Shown piece after piece: positions 32,028 through 42,421 of a stretch of DNA of 64,000 bases. Under the pieces are notes generated by a model. It was not told where the DNA came from. It searched no databases and saw nothing but the letters and a program-made list of their open reading frames with translations. Source of the stretch: Candidatus Thorarchaeota archaeon (GTDB lineage Archaea > Asgardarchaeota > Thorarchaeia > Thorarchaeales > Thorarchaeaceae); contig CAVSBO010000017.1 in NCBI GenBank assembly GCA_963726195.1, forward strand, positions 47,331-111,330, written 5' to 3'. Position 1 is the first letter of the stretch; each line of letters starts with the position of its first letter. Made by a program: the position numbers and the translations under genes.

Positions 32028-32492
32028 ATGGCCGAATCAGGGACCATTTCCATAGCACAGCTGAAACCCATGCTTCGCCCTTCAGTGGTTGCATTCAGGG
32101 TTCTTGATATTAGCGAGCCAAGGAATGTCCGAGTCAAGAGGACTGGACTCATACATAGGGTCGCGGAGGCGACTGTTGCCGACTCGACAGGCAGAATCAT
32201 ACTTACCCTTTGGGACTTCGACATTGACGAGGTTGCCGTCGGAAAGACGTACCTCTTACGGAACGGCCGCATCAACTTGCGTGATGAATGCATGAGCCTT
32301 GCTCGCGGATTCTCTGGAGAGTTCGTCTTAGCCCCGGAACCCATCGCCCAAGTCTCAGATTCGCCCGATATGAGCAGGCCGTTTGCTGGTGTAACAATCA
32401 AGCGTAGAAGAGATGAATCTGGAACCGGTCGCAACTTCCAAGGCACAATGGGAAGAGAGTCAAGAGGATTCTGCTCCAAGAAGTCCTTCTAG
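32028..32492 (+). CDS. Single OB-fold ssDNA-binding protein (SSB/RPA-like)
   Basis: VAEATVADSTGRIILTLWD..VGKTYLLRNG; basic tail. Confidence 0.85.
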   Translation: MAESGTISIAQLKPMLRPSVVAFRVLDISEPRNVRVKRTGLIHRVAEATVADSTGRIILTLWDFDIDEVAVGKTYLLRNGRINLRDECMSLARGFSGEFVLAPEPIAQVSDSPDMSRPFAGVTIKRRRDESGTGRNFQGTMGRESRGFCSKKSF

Positions 32493-32564
32493 GAGCGCAC
32501 ACTTGGCGATGATTTGGGGAGGAAGCGCTTTTGAGCTGGCTACATTCCATAAGCGCGACCGACA

Positions 32565-33464
32565 ATGAGAGTTAACGTACAGGGTGAAACCATTCCCTAT
32601 CCTGTCACAGTGCTCCGCGGCAAGCTCAGGCTTTGCGGCATTTCTCACTTGGACGCAGAGAGAGTAATCTCGCAAGTCCTCGGCGAATTCGGTAGGAGAC
32701 CACCGACTGAAGAGGAAGTCATCCAGAAAGTTAGAGACCGCCTAAGGTCTCACCATCCCGCAGCGGTGAAAGCCTTCGATGTTCTTACCAAGTATGATTC
32801 AGTGAGAGCCGCTCAGAGAACTCTGCCACCTCTCATCCTTGTACTGGAGGGAGCATCTGCCACGGGAAAATCCATGCTCTCGATTCCAATGATACTGAAT
32901 CTCGCCGCTACTCGCGTGATTGGCACAGATACAATCCGACAGGTTCTGAGAACGATATACAGCGAGCGGAATCACCAAGAGCTATACTGCCACACATACC
33001 AAGCCTACCGATACCGCCAAGCTGGTCCGCTAGATCTGAGTCCAGTCGTCAGAGGTTATCTTGCTCAATGCGAGCTTATGGAGCCTGTGGTCAGGAATCT
33101 TGTTGAGAGAACAGTCGAGGAGGGAGCAGACGCAGTAATTGAAGGTGTACATGTCAGGCCAGGTTCGCTGAGGCAGTTGAGCTCAGGAATCATCGAAGTC
33201 GTAGTTGAACCGGGAAAAGAATCTCACAAGGCCATGTTCATGACCAAGGACGCGGCCGCGAAACTCAAGACTGTGAGTAGTGATCAAACAGTAAGGGAGA
33301 AAGAGTTTGAGGCCACAAGGCTGATTCAGGAGTACCTCGTGAATGAAGCTAGTCGTCTCGGAGTGCATGTACTCAAGTTCTCAGACTATGACCAAGCTGA
33401 GAGAGCCACTTGCAGTATCGTGGTGGATTCCGTCAAGCGAATTCTTGAGACCGGAGGGAAGTGA
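32565..33464 (+). CDS. 2-phosphoglycerate kinase-like P-loop kinase
   Basis: ATP-cone-like N-terminus, LEGASATGKS, GTDTIRQVLR, VIEGVH. Confidence 0.8.
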   Translation: MRVNVQGETIPYPVTVLRGKLRLCGISHLDAERVISQVLGEFGRRPPTEEEVIQKVRDRLRSHHPAAVKAFDVLTKYDSVRAAQRTLPPLILVLEGASATGKSMLSIPMILNLAATRVIGTDTIRQVLRTIYSERNHQELYCHTYQAYRYRQAGPLDLSPVVRGYLAQCELMEPVVRNLVERTVEEGADAVIEGVHVRPGSLRQLSSGIIEVVVEPGKESHKAMFMTKDAAAKLKTVSSDQTVREKEFEATRLIQEYLVNEASRLGVHVLKFSDYDQAERATCSIVVDSVKRILETGGK

Positions 33465-34853
33465 ATGAACTGGAAGGACAAATCTCTGAGTCTGCTCTTC
33501 AATCCCGAAACAATAGCTGTCATTGGGGCTTCTGACAAGCCGCAGAAGCTCGGCGGTCTCGCACTAAAGGCCTTGGGGACCTCCAGTTGCACTCTCCTGC
33601 CAGTCAATCCTCGGCTGTCATCCATTGGAGACCTGAGATGTTATCCCAGTGTAGGAGCCATTGAACAAGAAGTGGACCTAGCGGTGATTGCGCTTCAGGC
33701 CCCGCTAATCCTTCCCGCCATACAGGACTGTGCCGCGGCGGGTGTTAGGTCGGCCATAGTGTTCTCTGCTGGCTTCAAGGAACTTGGTGATGCGGGCGAA
33801 GAGCTTCAGGCCCAAGTGAAAGCTGTCGCTGATGAAGCCCATATCGCGGTTATCGGACCCAACTGTTTAGGTGCGGGCAACAACAACATCAAATTGAACG
33901 CCACATTCTTTCCTCATCCGGTCGGGCTGAAGAAAGGCAGGGTCTCACTCGTGAGTCAGAGCGGAGGAGTGGCTGGCTTGATGATCTACGCTGCATCCGA
34001 CGCCGGCCTCGGCGTCGCGAAATTTGCAAGTATCGGTAACAGGGTGAACATAGACTTCGATGACATGCTCAGATTCCTCGGCCAAGACCCGGAGACCGAA
34101 GTGGTTTGTCTATTCGTGGAAGGCACAGAACATGGCAGATCCATGTATGAAGAGATGGCGAGACTCACACCCAAGAAGCCAGTAATTGTGTACAAGGTCG
34201 GCAAAACTCCGGCATCCATGAGAGCAGCGAAGAGTCACACTGGCAGTCTGGCTGGCCAACAGGAGTTGTACAGTGCAGCAGTGCGTCAGGCAAACGGCAT
34301 CGAGGTCGAGAGTGTCTCAGACATGATTGACACGGCCAGAGTTTTGGTTGCAAGTGGCGGCCGCCGCCGAGGTCCCAATGTCGCGATTCTCACTCACACT
34401 CTGGGACCTGCCCTCATCGCAGCACAGATACTGGAAGAGCACGGCATTCAACTCCCGATGCCCCTACCTGACACGGCGCTGAGAATCGAACAGATGCTGT
34501 CAATGCCGGTCCATATACCAATATCAAACCCGATCGACCTGCTGGCACAAGGATGGGCTGAACCGCGCGTCTTCGCTGGAGCCCTTCAACTGCTAATGGA
34601 AGACGACAGGTACGATGCTCTGATGACAGTGTTCTCTCCGAACTACCAAGAGGAGATTGGAGGTGGAATGCCTGTCGAGGACATCGCGAAGTGTGCACGG
34701 GAGTCTGACAAGATAATCGTCGCAGTCTTGAATGCACCTGAGTCGAGACCGCCTCCGGGCAAGAATGTCCTGGAAGACGGAGGAGTACCGGTGTTCTCAA
34801 GCCCTGAGCGAGCGGCCCGAGCATTAGCTAGTGCCCTTGGGACAAGGGACTGA
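33465..34853 (+). CDS. Acyl-CoA synthetase (NDP-forming), alpha-type subunit
   Basis: IAVIGAS, SAGFKE, IGPNCLG, SQSGG, SHTGSLAG, NPIDL. Confidence 0.92.
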   Translation: MNWKDKSLSLLFNPETIAVIGASDKPQKLGGLALKALGTSSCTLLPVNPRLSSIGDLRCYPSVGAIEQEVDLAVIALQAPLILPAIQDCAAAGVRSAIVFSAGFKELGDAGEELQAQVKAVADEAHIAVIGPNCLGAGNNNIKLNATFFPHPVGLKKGRVSLVSQSGGVAGLMIYAASDAGLGVAKFASIGNRVNIDFDDMLRFLGQDPETEVVCLFVEGTEHGRSMYEEMARLTPKKPVIVYKVGKTPASMRAAKSHTGSLAGQQELYSAAVRQANGIEVESVSDMIDTARVLVASGGRRRGPNVAILTHTLGPALIAAQILEEHGIQLPMPLPDTALRIEQMLSMPVHIPISNPIDLLAQGWAEPRVFAGALQLLMEDDRYDALMTVFSPNYQEEIGGGMPVEDIAKCARESDKIIVAVLNAPESRPPPGKNVLEDGGVPVFSSPERAARALASALGTRD

Positions 34854-34926
34854 AGGTGCCATCTCTTCGGTCGACCAGTTATCACCGTCACGAAAGGATT
34901 TCCCTCTCCGGGCAGACTTTACGGGT

Positions 34927-35283
34927 CTAATCCCAATTCCCGATGTTTTCAAATCTCAAGTTGAATCTCCCGCAATTGCCGCAAAGGTACGTCGTTTTTG
35001 GTAATCGAAATTCTCCAATGTTCGTGTTCCAAGAGAATGCAATTTCCGTGGTTTTCGCGGGGGTCTGAAGAGAGGGGTCATTATAATACTTGAACTTCTG
35101 CCCACAGTACGGGCACTTCTCTTTGGGATCCAGGTAATTGCCTAGCACGAACTTGTGACACTTTTCACAGTACCCGGGAGCACCACAAAAGGTCTGGAAA
35201 TTCTGGAACCCTCCTCCGGCTATGAATTCCTTCTTGAACCCACACTTGCAGGATGCGCGCAGCGTGTTGCCCATGATTATCAA
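34927..35283 (-). CDS. Cys-rich hypothetical protein
   Basis: CKCG, CEKC, CPYC, CGNC; AT-richer than its neighbours. Confidence 0.7.
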   Translation of the reverse strand: MIIMGNTLRASCKCGFKKEFIAGGGFQNFQTFCGAPGYCEKCHKFVLGNYLDPKEKCPYCGQKFKYYNDPSLQTPAKTTEIAFSWNTNIGEFRLPKTTYLCGNCGRFNLRFENIGNWD

Positions 35284-35595
35284 AGTTAAATAAGGGAAGC
35301 GTGTTAATTAATGATTGGATGCTACGAGAGAGCATTCATTGTCGGTGTAGCGCCTGGGCCTTTTGACGTAATGATGAGACAGAAGGATGCAAGCGGTCCG
35401 CGGTCATAATGTGGGACTGAGATTGCGCAGGGAATTGACATGAGCATATCGACGCCTTCCAAACAGTTCCATTCTATATGGGTTTACATAGGCATACGTT
35501 GCACAAATCCGGGTGTGCCTGAAAGACTCTGCACAGCTAATGAAAACCCAATTCCCTGAGCCGAGCGCCCTGAGATCTCAGGAGCCACAAGGAGG

Positions 35596-36880
35596 TTGCT
35601 CCAAGCGCTAAAGACCTATTCACTCAGCCATGACCAGGGCAAGGTACTCAACGGTCTAATGGCTGCCTACAACACCGTCCTCAACACCATGCTGCAGTGT
35701 ATCTGGCAGACGACGGAATGGAGGAAGCATCAGATCAAAGGCAAGAAGCAGCACAGGTTCTACCCAAAGTACAGGAAGGATAGTGTCTTCAAGCGGGCAG
35801 ATGAGAGACAAATGCCTCGAAGAGTGGTGCTATGCAGCTCACTGGGTCGACTCCGCCATGAAGACGGCCTTCAGCATCATGGCTTCGTGGAAAACGAACT
35901 ATGACAGGGGTGAGAGAAAAAGCGACTGCCCACATTCCCGGAGGCTCTTTTTGCGGGTCAAGCAGACCCTCCTCAAACTCGAGGGAGACACGCTCAGGAT
36001 CACCCTCAAGCCACGTGAGTTCGTCTATATCGACCTCTCGCGACGTTACTTCAAGCTGCCCGGCAGCGTGTCCTCAGTGGGCTTGGGTGAACCGGTCATC
36101 ACACCTGACAGAATACACCTGCCCATCCACGTGACTGAAGAAGAGAAGGAGAGAACTGCTGAGGCGATGGCGTGGGACTCGAACATGCTATCCATGGATG
36201 GCTACAGCCCTGAGACAGGCTGGGTGAAGATAGACACGAGGAAACTCGTGTCGGCGCACATATCGAGCTTCGAGAAGAGACGCAGCGTACAGGCAAGGGC
36301 ATCGAAGTGTAAGAGGATGAAGAGACTCCTCACAAAATACAGGAGAAGGGAAAGAAATCGTGCGAGGAAGCATCAAATTGAAATCGCTAGGGCAATCAGC
36401 GTGTTCTCGAACAGGAGCGGCTTCGAGGCACTGAGAAAGGAGAGGATGTATAGGCGCTCGAGACTGTGGAACCGCAGGTTAGCGAGAACGGACTGGCGGG
36501 GGATTATGAGAAGGGTTGCGGAAGGTGGTGCTGTTGAAGAGCTGTCTCCGCAGTTCACCTCGAAGAGGTGCTCCAGATGCGGGTGGATAGATAGAGACCT
36601 AAGAGGAGCGGTCTTCGAGTGTCGGAACTGCGGGCTAAGGATAGACAGGCAGCTCAATGCAGCGATCAACCTGTACCTGAAGATGGAGGGTGTTCCCCAT
36701 AAGAAGGAGCGGTGGGATGCAAACATTCTACCGACACTTCGCGTGGGTAGGTACGTCCTGACGGGGGCGGAGCGGAAGGGAACCGATGAACTCGTGAGGC
36801 TCCTAGATGATGCGGTGAAGCCCCAGATCTACGTGGAATACGATAGGTATGCTGACGCATACCTACCTACGCCTACATAG
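35596..36880 (+). mobile_element. tnpB: IS200/IS605-family TnpB, solitary (IS1341-like), ~427 aa after correcting a +1 frameshift at GGG 35795-35797; RuvC-III D to Q
   Basis: AMAWDSN (RuvC-I), GFEAL (RuvC-II), PQFTSKRCSRCG..FECRNCG Zn finger, IDRQLNAAINL; GGAGG SD; no tnpA nearby. Confidence 0.88.
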
Positions 36881-36890
36881 ATTGAAACCC
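36741..36890 (+). ncRNA. Putative omega-RNA scaffold overlapping the tnpB 3' end (boundaries uncertain)
   Basis: 36741-36753 pairs with 36860-36872 (13 bp with one G:U). Alternative perfect 9-bp hairpin 36844-36865. Position is typical for TnpB omega-RNAs. Confidence 0.55.
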
Positions 36891-36891
36891 C

Positions 36892-37271
36892 ATGAGGCAA
36901 CAGTATACGCAGCTGAAGAGACAGTTTCCCGACTGTCTGTTGATGTTTAGGATTGGAGGCTTCTTCGATCTGTTCAACGAAGATGCCAAGACCGCAAGCC
37001 AAGTACTTGACATCGTACTCACGGCTCGCGGCGAAGGTGTAGACAAGTGGCCTATGTGTGGAGTTCCCTATCATGCAGTAGAGGGGTACGTGGCGAAGCT
37101 GCTGTAAGCTGGCTACACTGTTGCGATCCCGGACTAGATGGAGGACCTTGCGAAGGCGAAGGGCTTAGTGAAGTGTGGCACTGTGCCGGTAGTCACTCCC
37201 GGCACCGCACTTGAACCCGACATGCTCCAAGAGACGTCAAACAACTACTTGGTGGCGCTTGACGAACACGA
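36892..37271 (+). pseudogene. Partial duplicate of the mutS 5' end with two in-frame stops
   Basis: Collinear with mutS 38210-38589; TAA 37105-37107 and TAG 37135-37137; 144-nt core with only 4 mismatches. Confidence 0.9.
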
Positions 37272-37298
37272 TGGCGGACTAAACCTGAGGTGCTCTTC

Positions 37299-37799
37299 TC
37301 ACTCTGCACCTTGCCAAGGTGACTCTATCTTCTTTCCAGCCCTTGAAACGAATAATGCGACAATTGGTATGATAGGAATCGGCACAGCAATGGTGAAGCT
37401 GGCAGGGACCAAGACTGGAACGAGGTAGACTGCATATGGCAGAATCAACGCAGTAGCAGTCCAGACATAGACAGTTCTTGCATCCACCAGGCCGCTCACT
37501 TTGTCGTGCACGAGCTTGATGAGATAGAGAGTGGGCAGGTACACCAATCCCATGAAAGAGAGGATACCCACAGGAAGAGGGAGAAGCTCCCATGGGTGAG
37601 CATTGTCTGCCCCAGTCACTTGGACTGCTTCCCACGCAAAGCCGTACAAGCGATAGACTCTAGCTGGCAGGTCAACTAACTCCACGTACATGGTCGGGCA
37701 CAGGAATACGATGGCTACCATCGCATAAGTAATCCTGCGAACCTGTTTGACTGAACGTTCTTGAGGCCTAAGATTCGCTTCTGTCGGGGGAGGATTCAT
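37299..37799 (-). CDS. Hypothetical membrane protein
   Basis: About 4 hydrophobic segments. Confidence 0.65.
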   Translation of the reverse strand: MNPPPTEANLRPQERSVKQVRRITYAMVAIVFLCPTMYVELVDLPARVYRLYGFAWEAVQVTGADNAHPWELLPLPVGILSFMGLVYLPTLYLIKLVHDKVSGLVDARTVYVWTATALILPYAVYLVPVLVPASFTIAVPIPIIPIVALFVSRAGKKIESPWQGAE

Positions 37800-38191
37800 T
37801 TCGGGAACACCACAGCTGCTCCTTTGTCGTGATAGGACTGATGTTGCGCACACTACAGATACGGTCTGGCTTACAGTCTAGTCAGTTCGCCTCCTTCGTC
37901 CAGATGAGAGGCTATGCACGGACAAATCAACTGACCTAGTTGAGATACGCGGAACTTGTACCCTTGCCGCTGTCGTGATAGACCATCTTCGCTTGCAATC
38001 ATTTCGGTCTCAGATAGATGGCCGCTGCCCACAGTCTTGAGCGTTCGTTGCAGCCGAGCATGGAAACTGCGGTGCAGGTGCACAAGATCAATAATGCATG
38101 GACTACAGCAAAGGTATTTGTGCCAAGAAGGGCAGCCGAATCTCCCTAGCATACCCTTTGGGAATGTACCGAGGCTACATGGGGAATCGTC

Positions 38192-40797
38192 ATGAGTGTT
38201 TCTACTCCAATGAAGCAGCAGTACACACATCTCAAGAGGCAGTATCCTGACTGCTTGCTTCTATTTCGACTGGGAGACTTCTTCGAGCTGTTCAACGAAG
38301 ATGCCAAGACCGCAAGCCAAGTACTTGACATTGTACTCACGGCTCGCGGCGAAGGTGTAGACAAGTGGCCCATGTGTGGGGTTCCCTATCATGCAGTAGA
38401 GGGGTACGTGGCGAAGCTGCTGCAAGCGGGATATACAGTCGCAATGGCAGACCAAGTCGAGGATCCTGCGAAGGCCAAAGGACTCGTCAAGCGTGACATT
38501 GTACGAGTCTTGACACCCGGCACATTACTTGAGCCAGGGATGCTTCAGGAGACCTCAAACAATTACCTTGTGGCATTGGTCGAACATGAGAACATGGTCG
38601 GCATTGCCGCAGTTGACGTTTCAACCGGAGAGTTTCTAGCAGCTGAAATCGAGGGCTCGATGACCAGTGAGAAGGTAGTCAATGAGCTTGGACGGCTGGG
38701 ACCAGCTGAGCTCTTGATTCCCGACTCCGTTTCGAAAAGACCAGATGTGAAAGCGGTATTGGAAGATACAGGTGCCAAACTGACATTCAGGAATGATCTT
38801 GACTTCTTGTCGTCGTCGGCTGAAGAGCGGCTAAGAGAAAGATTCGGGGTTGCTACGCTTGAGGGATATGGTCTCTCCGGCAAGAGGGTAGCAATTGGGG
38901 CCGCTGGAGCTATCCTCGCATATCTGAACGAAGTTCACAAGAACAACGCGGTCACGCTTTCGGGAATCAGAACCTACACGTTAGACGAATACATGATCAT
39001 CGACAACATAACTGTGAGGAATCTAGAACTCATTAAGAATGCAAGAGACGGTACGACAAGGGGAACGCTCCTGAGTGTGCTTTCCAACACGGAGACATCA
39101 ATGGGCAAGAGAAAACTGAGGCACTGGATACTGCAGCCCCTTAGGAGCCAAGAACCCATAGAGATGAGACTCGACGCGGTAGAAGAACTTGCTCGCGGAG
39201 CTCTCACTCGCCAGACTCTGTCAGAGAGCCTTGGTCATCTGGGTGATCTTGAGAGAATAACTAGTAGAACGGTATTCGGGACTGCCAATGCGAGAGACCT
39301 TCTCGCGCTTAGAAATGCGCTAAGCAGAATTCCATCTGTGAAGAAAGCCCTGAGTGGCTGCAACTCAAGAATGCTGAAACAAGCGGCGGAATCTGTCGAC
39401 TCCTTGCCTGAACTTGCGGATACTCTGCAGAATGCACTGGTTGATGACCCACCCGTAAGCGTGCGAGAAGGAGGCATGATTCGAGAAGGCTACAGCCATG
39501 ACTTGGATCAGCTGAAGAAATCAATCTCGTCTGACAAGAAATGGATTGCTTCGCTTCAGGAAAGAGAGCGCAGACGTATTGGAATCAAGACTCTCAAAGT
39601 GGGCTACAACAAGATCTTTGGCTACTATATTGAGGTGAGCAGCAGCAATGCCAGTTCGGTGCCAAAGGACTACGAGAGGAAACAGACACTCGTTGGCGGC
39701 GAGAGATACATCACACCCGAACTAAAGGAGAAGGAATCATCCGTCCTCAGCTGGAGAGGACAAGATCAACGAGTTGGAATATGAACTCTATGAGGGACTG
39801 AGAAACAAAGTCAAAGATGTCATGGAAGTCTTACAGCGTGATGCTGACGCAATGGCGACGGTTGATGCTCTCTCCAGTCTTGCAGAGACAGCTGTCAAGA
39901 GAAGATATGTCAGGCCTAGAGTAAACAATGGAACGAGAATCGATATCGTTGATGGCCGCCACCCCGCCCTCGAGATGATTCTGGGTCCCAACGAGTTCGT
40001 TCCCAACAGTCTAGACATAGGCAATGGCGGCACCACTCTCCTCATTGTGACTGGTCCAAATATGGCCGGAAAGAGCACATACATGAGAACAAGCTGCCCT
40101 CATCGTGTTGATGGCGCAAATGGGATCATTCGTGCCAGCAAAGGAAGCCGAGATAGGACTCGTCGACAGGATATTCACGAGAGTGGGTGCATTTGATGAC
40201 CTTACTGCTAGACAAAGCACGTTCATGGTAGAGATGATCGAAACTGCAAACATACTGAACAATGCCACCGAGAGGAGTCTGGTTGTGCTTGACGAGATTG
40301 GCAGAGGAACCTCGACTTTCGATGGGATGGCACTTGCATGGGCAGTGGCAGAACGCATTGTGCAATTGAAGACTCGAACCCTCTTCGCCACGCACTTTCA
40401 TCAATTGACAGACATGTCAAGCCTATACCACGGCGTGAAGAACGTGCACACGTTGGCCAGAGAGTCGGGCGACACAATCATCTTTCTTCACAAGGTTGTA
40501 GATGGGGGTACAGACAAGAGTTACGGAGTTCACGTGGCGGCTTTGGCAGGTGTTCCGGAACCAGTTGTCAAGAGAGCGAGAGAGATTCTGGCTCGACTAG
40601 AACAGGAAAACGTTACGGGCTTGGGTGAGGCTTCTGCCACAAGTAGCGTGTCGCTTCAGACTTCTCTCGAACCGTTGATGGCCGACGATCCGCTGATAGA
40701 ACGTATCACCAACATGGACCTAGAAAGGACCACACCCATTGACGCCCTCCTCCAGCTCAAGGAGATGCAGGACGAGGCTAAGAAACGAAAGAGATAG
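38192..40797 (+). CDS. mutS: DNA mismatch repair protein MutS1; +1 frameshifts near 39750 and 40091
   Basis: TPMKQQY, FRLGDFFELF, MCGVPYH, TGPNMAGKSTYMR, STFMVEM, DEIGRGTST, ATHFH, SYGVHVA. Confidence 0.96.
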
Positions 40798-40939
40798 CCT
40801 GCCAGATACCTGAACTGAAAGCTGCGAGCGATGTGACATGTCTTGGGCAAATGCAGCTCAAATTACCACTGGTTGCCAGAAGGCTTAATTGCATGCTCAC
40901 ATAGGCGGCTTCTGTAGACATCGAACGGAGCCAATCACC

Positions 40940-41602
40940 GTGAAGCCACTGATATCGCCTTCCGTGCTGTCCGCTAACTTTGCAACACTACAAGAGGACG
41001 TCAAGGCTGCGGAGAGAGGTGGGGGAGAGCGATTCCATCTTGACGTAATGGATGGACACTTCGTTCCCAACATTAGCTTTGGTCCCATGATTGTGAGAAT
41101 CATGAAGAAAATCACCAACGTGCCGCTCGATGCTCACCTCATGATTTCAGATCCAGACAAGTACATACCGGAGTTCGTGGAATCAGGAGCTGAGTTTGTC
41201 ATCCCGCACATAGAGGCTTCCTATGATGTCTACAGGTCGGTCCAGCAGATTGTTGAGCTGGGTGCGAAGGCTGGCATAGCACTGAATCCGGGGACCCCGG
41301 TTGAATGGGTTGAGCCATTATTGGACAAGATTGACATGGTGCTCATCATGAGTGTTTGTCCAGGATTCGGAGGTCAGAAGTTTCAGCCTCACTCGCTAAA
41401 GAGAATCAAAGCGCTCAGGTCCTTGCTCGACAAGGTGAAGCCAAGTGTTCACATCGCGGTTGATGGCGGCGTGAAAAAGGAGAACATTACTGAAATCTAC
41501 TCTGCCGGGGCAGACATCCTTGTAGCAGGCTCTGCCATTTTTGAAGCGCAGGATATCGAAAAAGCGGTCAGAGAACTGAAGCGACTTGTCGAGAAGCCGT
41601 AG
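40940..41602 (+). CDS. rpe: Ribulose-phosphate 3-epimerase
   Basis: SPSVLSA, HLDVMDGHFVPN, DAHLM, MSVCPGFGGQ, VDGG, VAGSA. Confidence 0.96.
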   Translation: MKPLISPSVLSANFATLQEDVKAAERGGGERFHLDVMDGHFVPNISFGPMIVRIMKKITNVPLDAHLMISDPDKYIPEFVESGAEFVIPHIEASYDVYRSVQQIVELGAKAGIALNPGTPVEWVEPLLDKIDMVLIMSVCPGFGGQKFQPHSLKRIKALRSLLDKVKPSVHIAVDGGVKKENITEIYSAGADILVAGSAIFEAQDIEKAVRELKRLVEKP

Positions 41603-41680
41603 AAGGAAAACTGACATAAAGGCGACTGGTAGCAGCTAATACCACAGCCAGTCCACATTAAGATTGGAGACGATAACAGG

Positions 41681-42352
41681 ATGAAGTTCTTCATCGACAC
41701 AGCGAATGTACAGGCGATAAGAGAAGCATATGATCGCGGAATGGTAGACGGAGTGACCACAAACCCCAGCCTTGTCGCTAAGGAAGGCCGCGGCTTCAAG
41801 GAGATAGTGTTGGAGATTGCCTCATTCGTAAAGGGTCCGATTAGCATAGAGGTCATAGCCACAGACTATGAAGGCATGATGAAGGAAGCTCGAGACCTCA
41901 ACGGATGGATTGACAACGCGGCAATCAAGATACCCATGACATGGGACGGACTCAAGGCAGTCAGGAAATGCTCTGACGAGGGAATCAAGACGAATGTCAC
42001 ACTCTGCTTCAGCCCAAACCAAGCTCTCTTGGCCGCAAAGGCTGGAGCCACGTTCGTGTCGCCCTTCATAGGTCGCCTTGATGATGTCGGCCAAGTTGGA
42101 ATGGACATTATCCCCGACATGGTTCAGATCTACTCTAACTACGGATACAAGACTGAAATCATAGTGGCGAGCATTCGACACCCCATCCACGTGTACGAGG
42201 CAGCCCTGGCAGGTGCGGACATAGCAACGATTCCTCCAGATGTTTTAGACAAGATGGTGAAGCATCCGTTGACCGACATCGGAATCGAGAAGTTCCTTGC
42301 TGATTACAGGAAGATACCCCAGGCCGCCGAGACAAAGAAGCACGGCAAATGA
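41681..42352 (+). CDS. tal: Transaldolase (short TalC/FSA type)
   Basis: [39 protein letters not shown]. Confidence 0.95.
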   Translation: MKFFIDTANVQAIREAYDRGMVDGVTTNPSLVAKEGRGFKEIVLEIASFVKGPISIEVIATDYEGMMKEARDLNGWIDNAAIKIPMTWDGLKAVRKCSDEGIKTNVTLCFSPNQALLAAKAGATFVSPFIGRLDDVGQVGMDIIPDMVQIYSNYGYKTEIIVASIRHPIHVYEAALAGADIATIPPDVLDKMVKHPLTDIGIEKFLADYRKIPQAAETKKHGK

Positions 42353-42421
42353 GATGCCTGTCCCCCTAGAATTGGACAGCAAGGATGATATGTCCATTAA
42401 ATCGAGACTACCACAAGCTGG

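Noticed and set aside
35783-35904. Programmed frameshift in tnpB
   Set aside because: Same +1 pattern as the other split genes, and no slippery heptamer
36881-36888. ATTGAAAC, identical to a common CRISPR repeat 3' end, right after tnpB
   Set aside because: Single occurrence seen; no repeat-spacer array or cas genes
37105-37137. In-frame TAG codons (here and at 23159) as pyrrolysine or stop-codon recoding
   Set aside because: They co-occur with TAA or frameshifts in decayed fragments, and TAG ends many intact genes in the window
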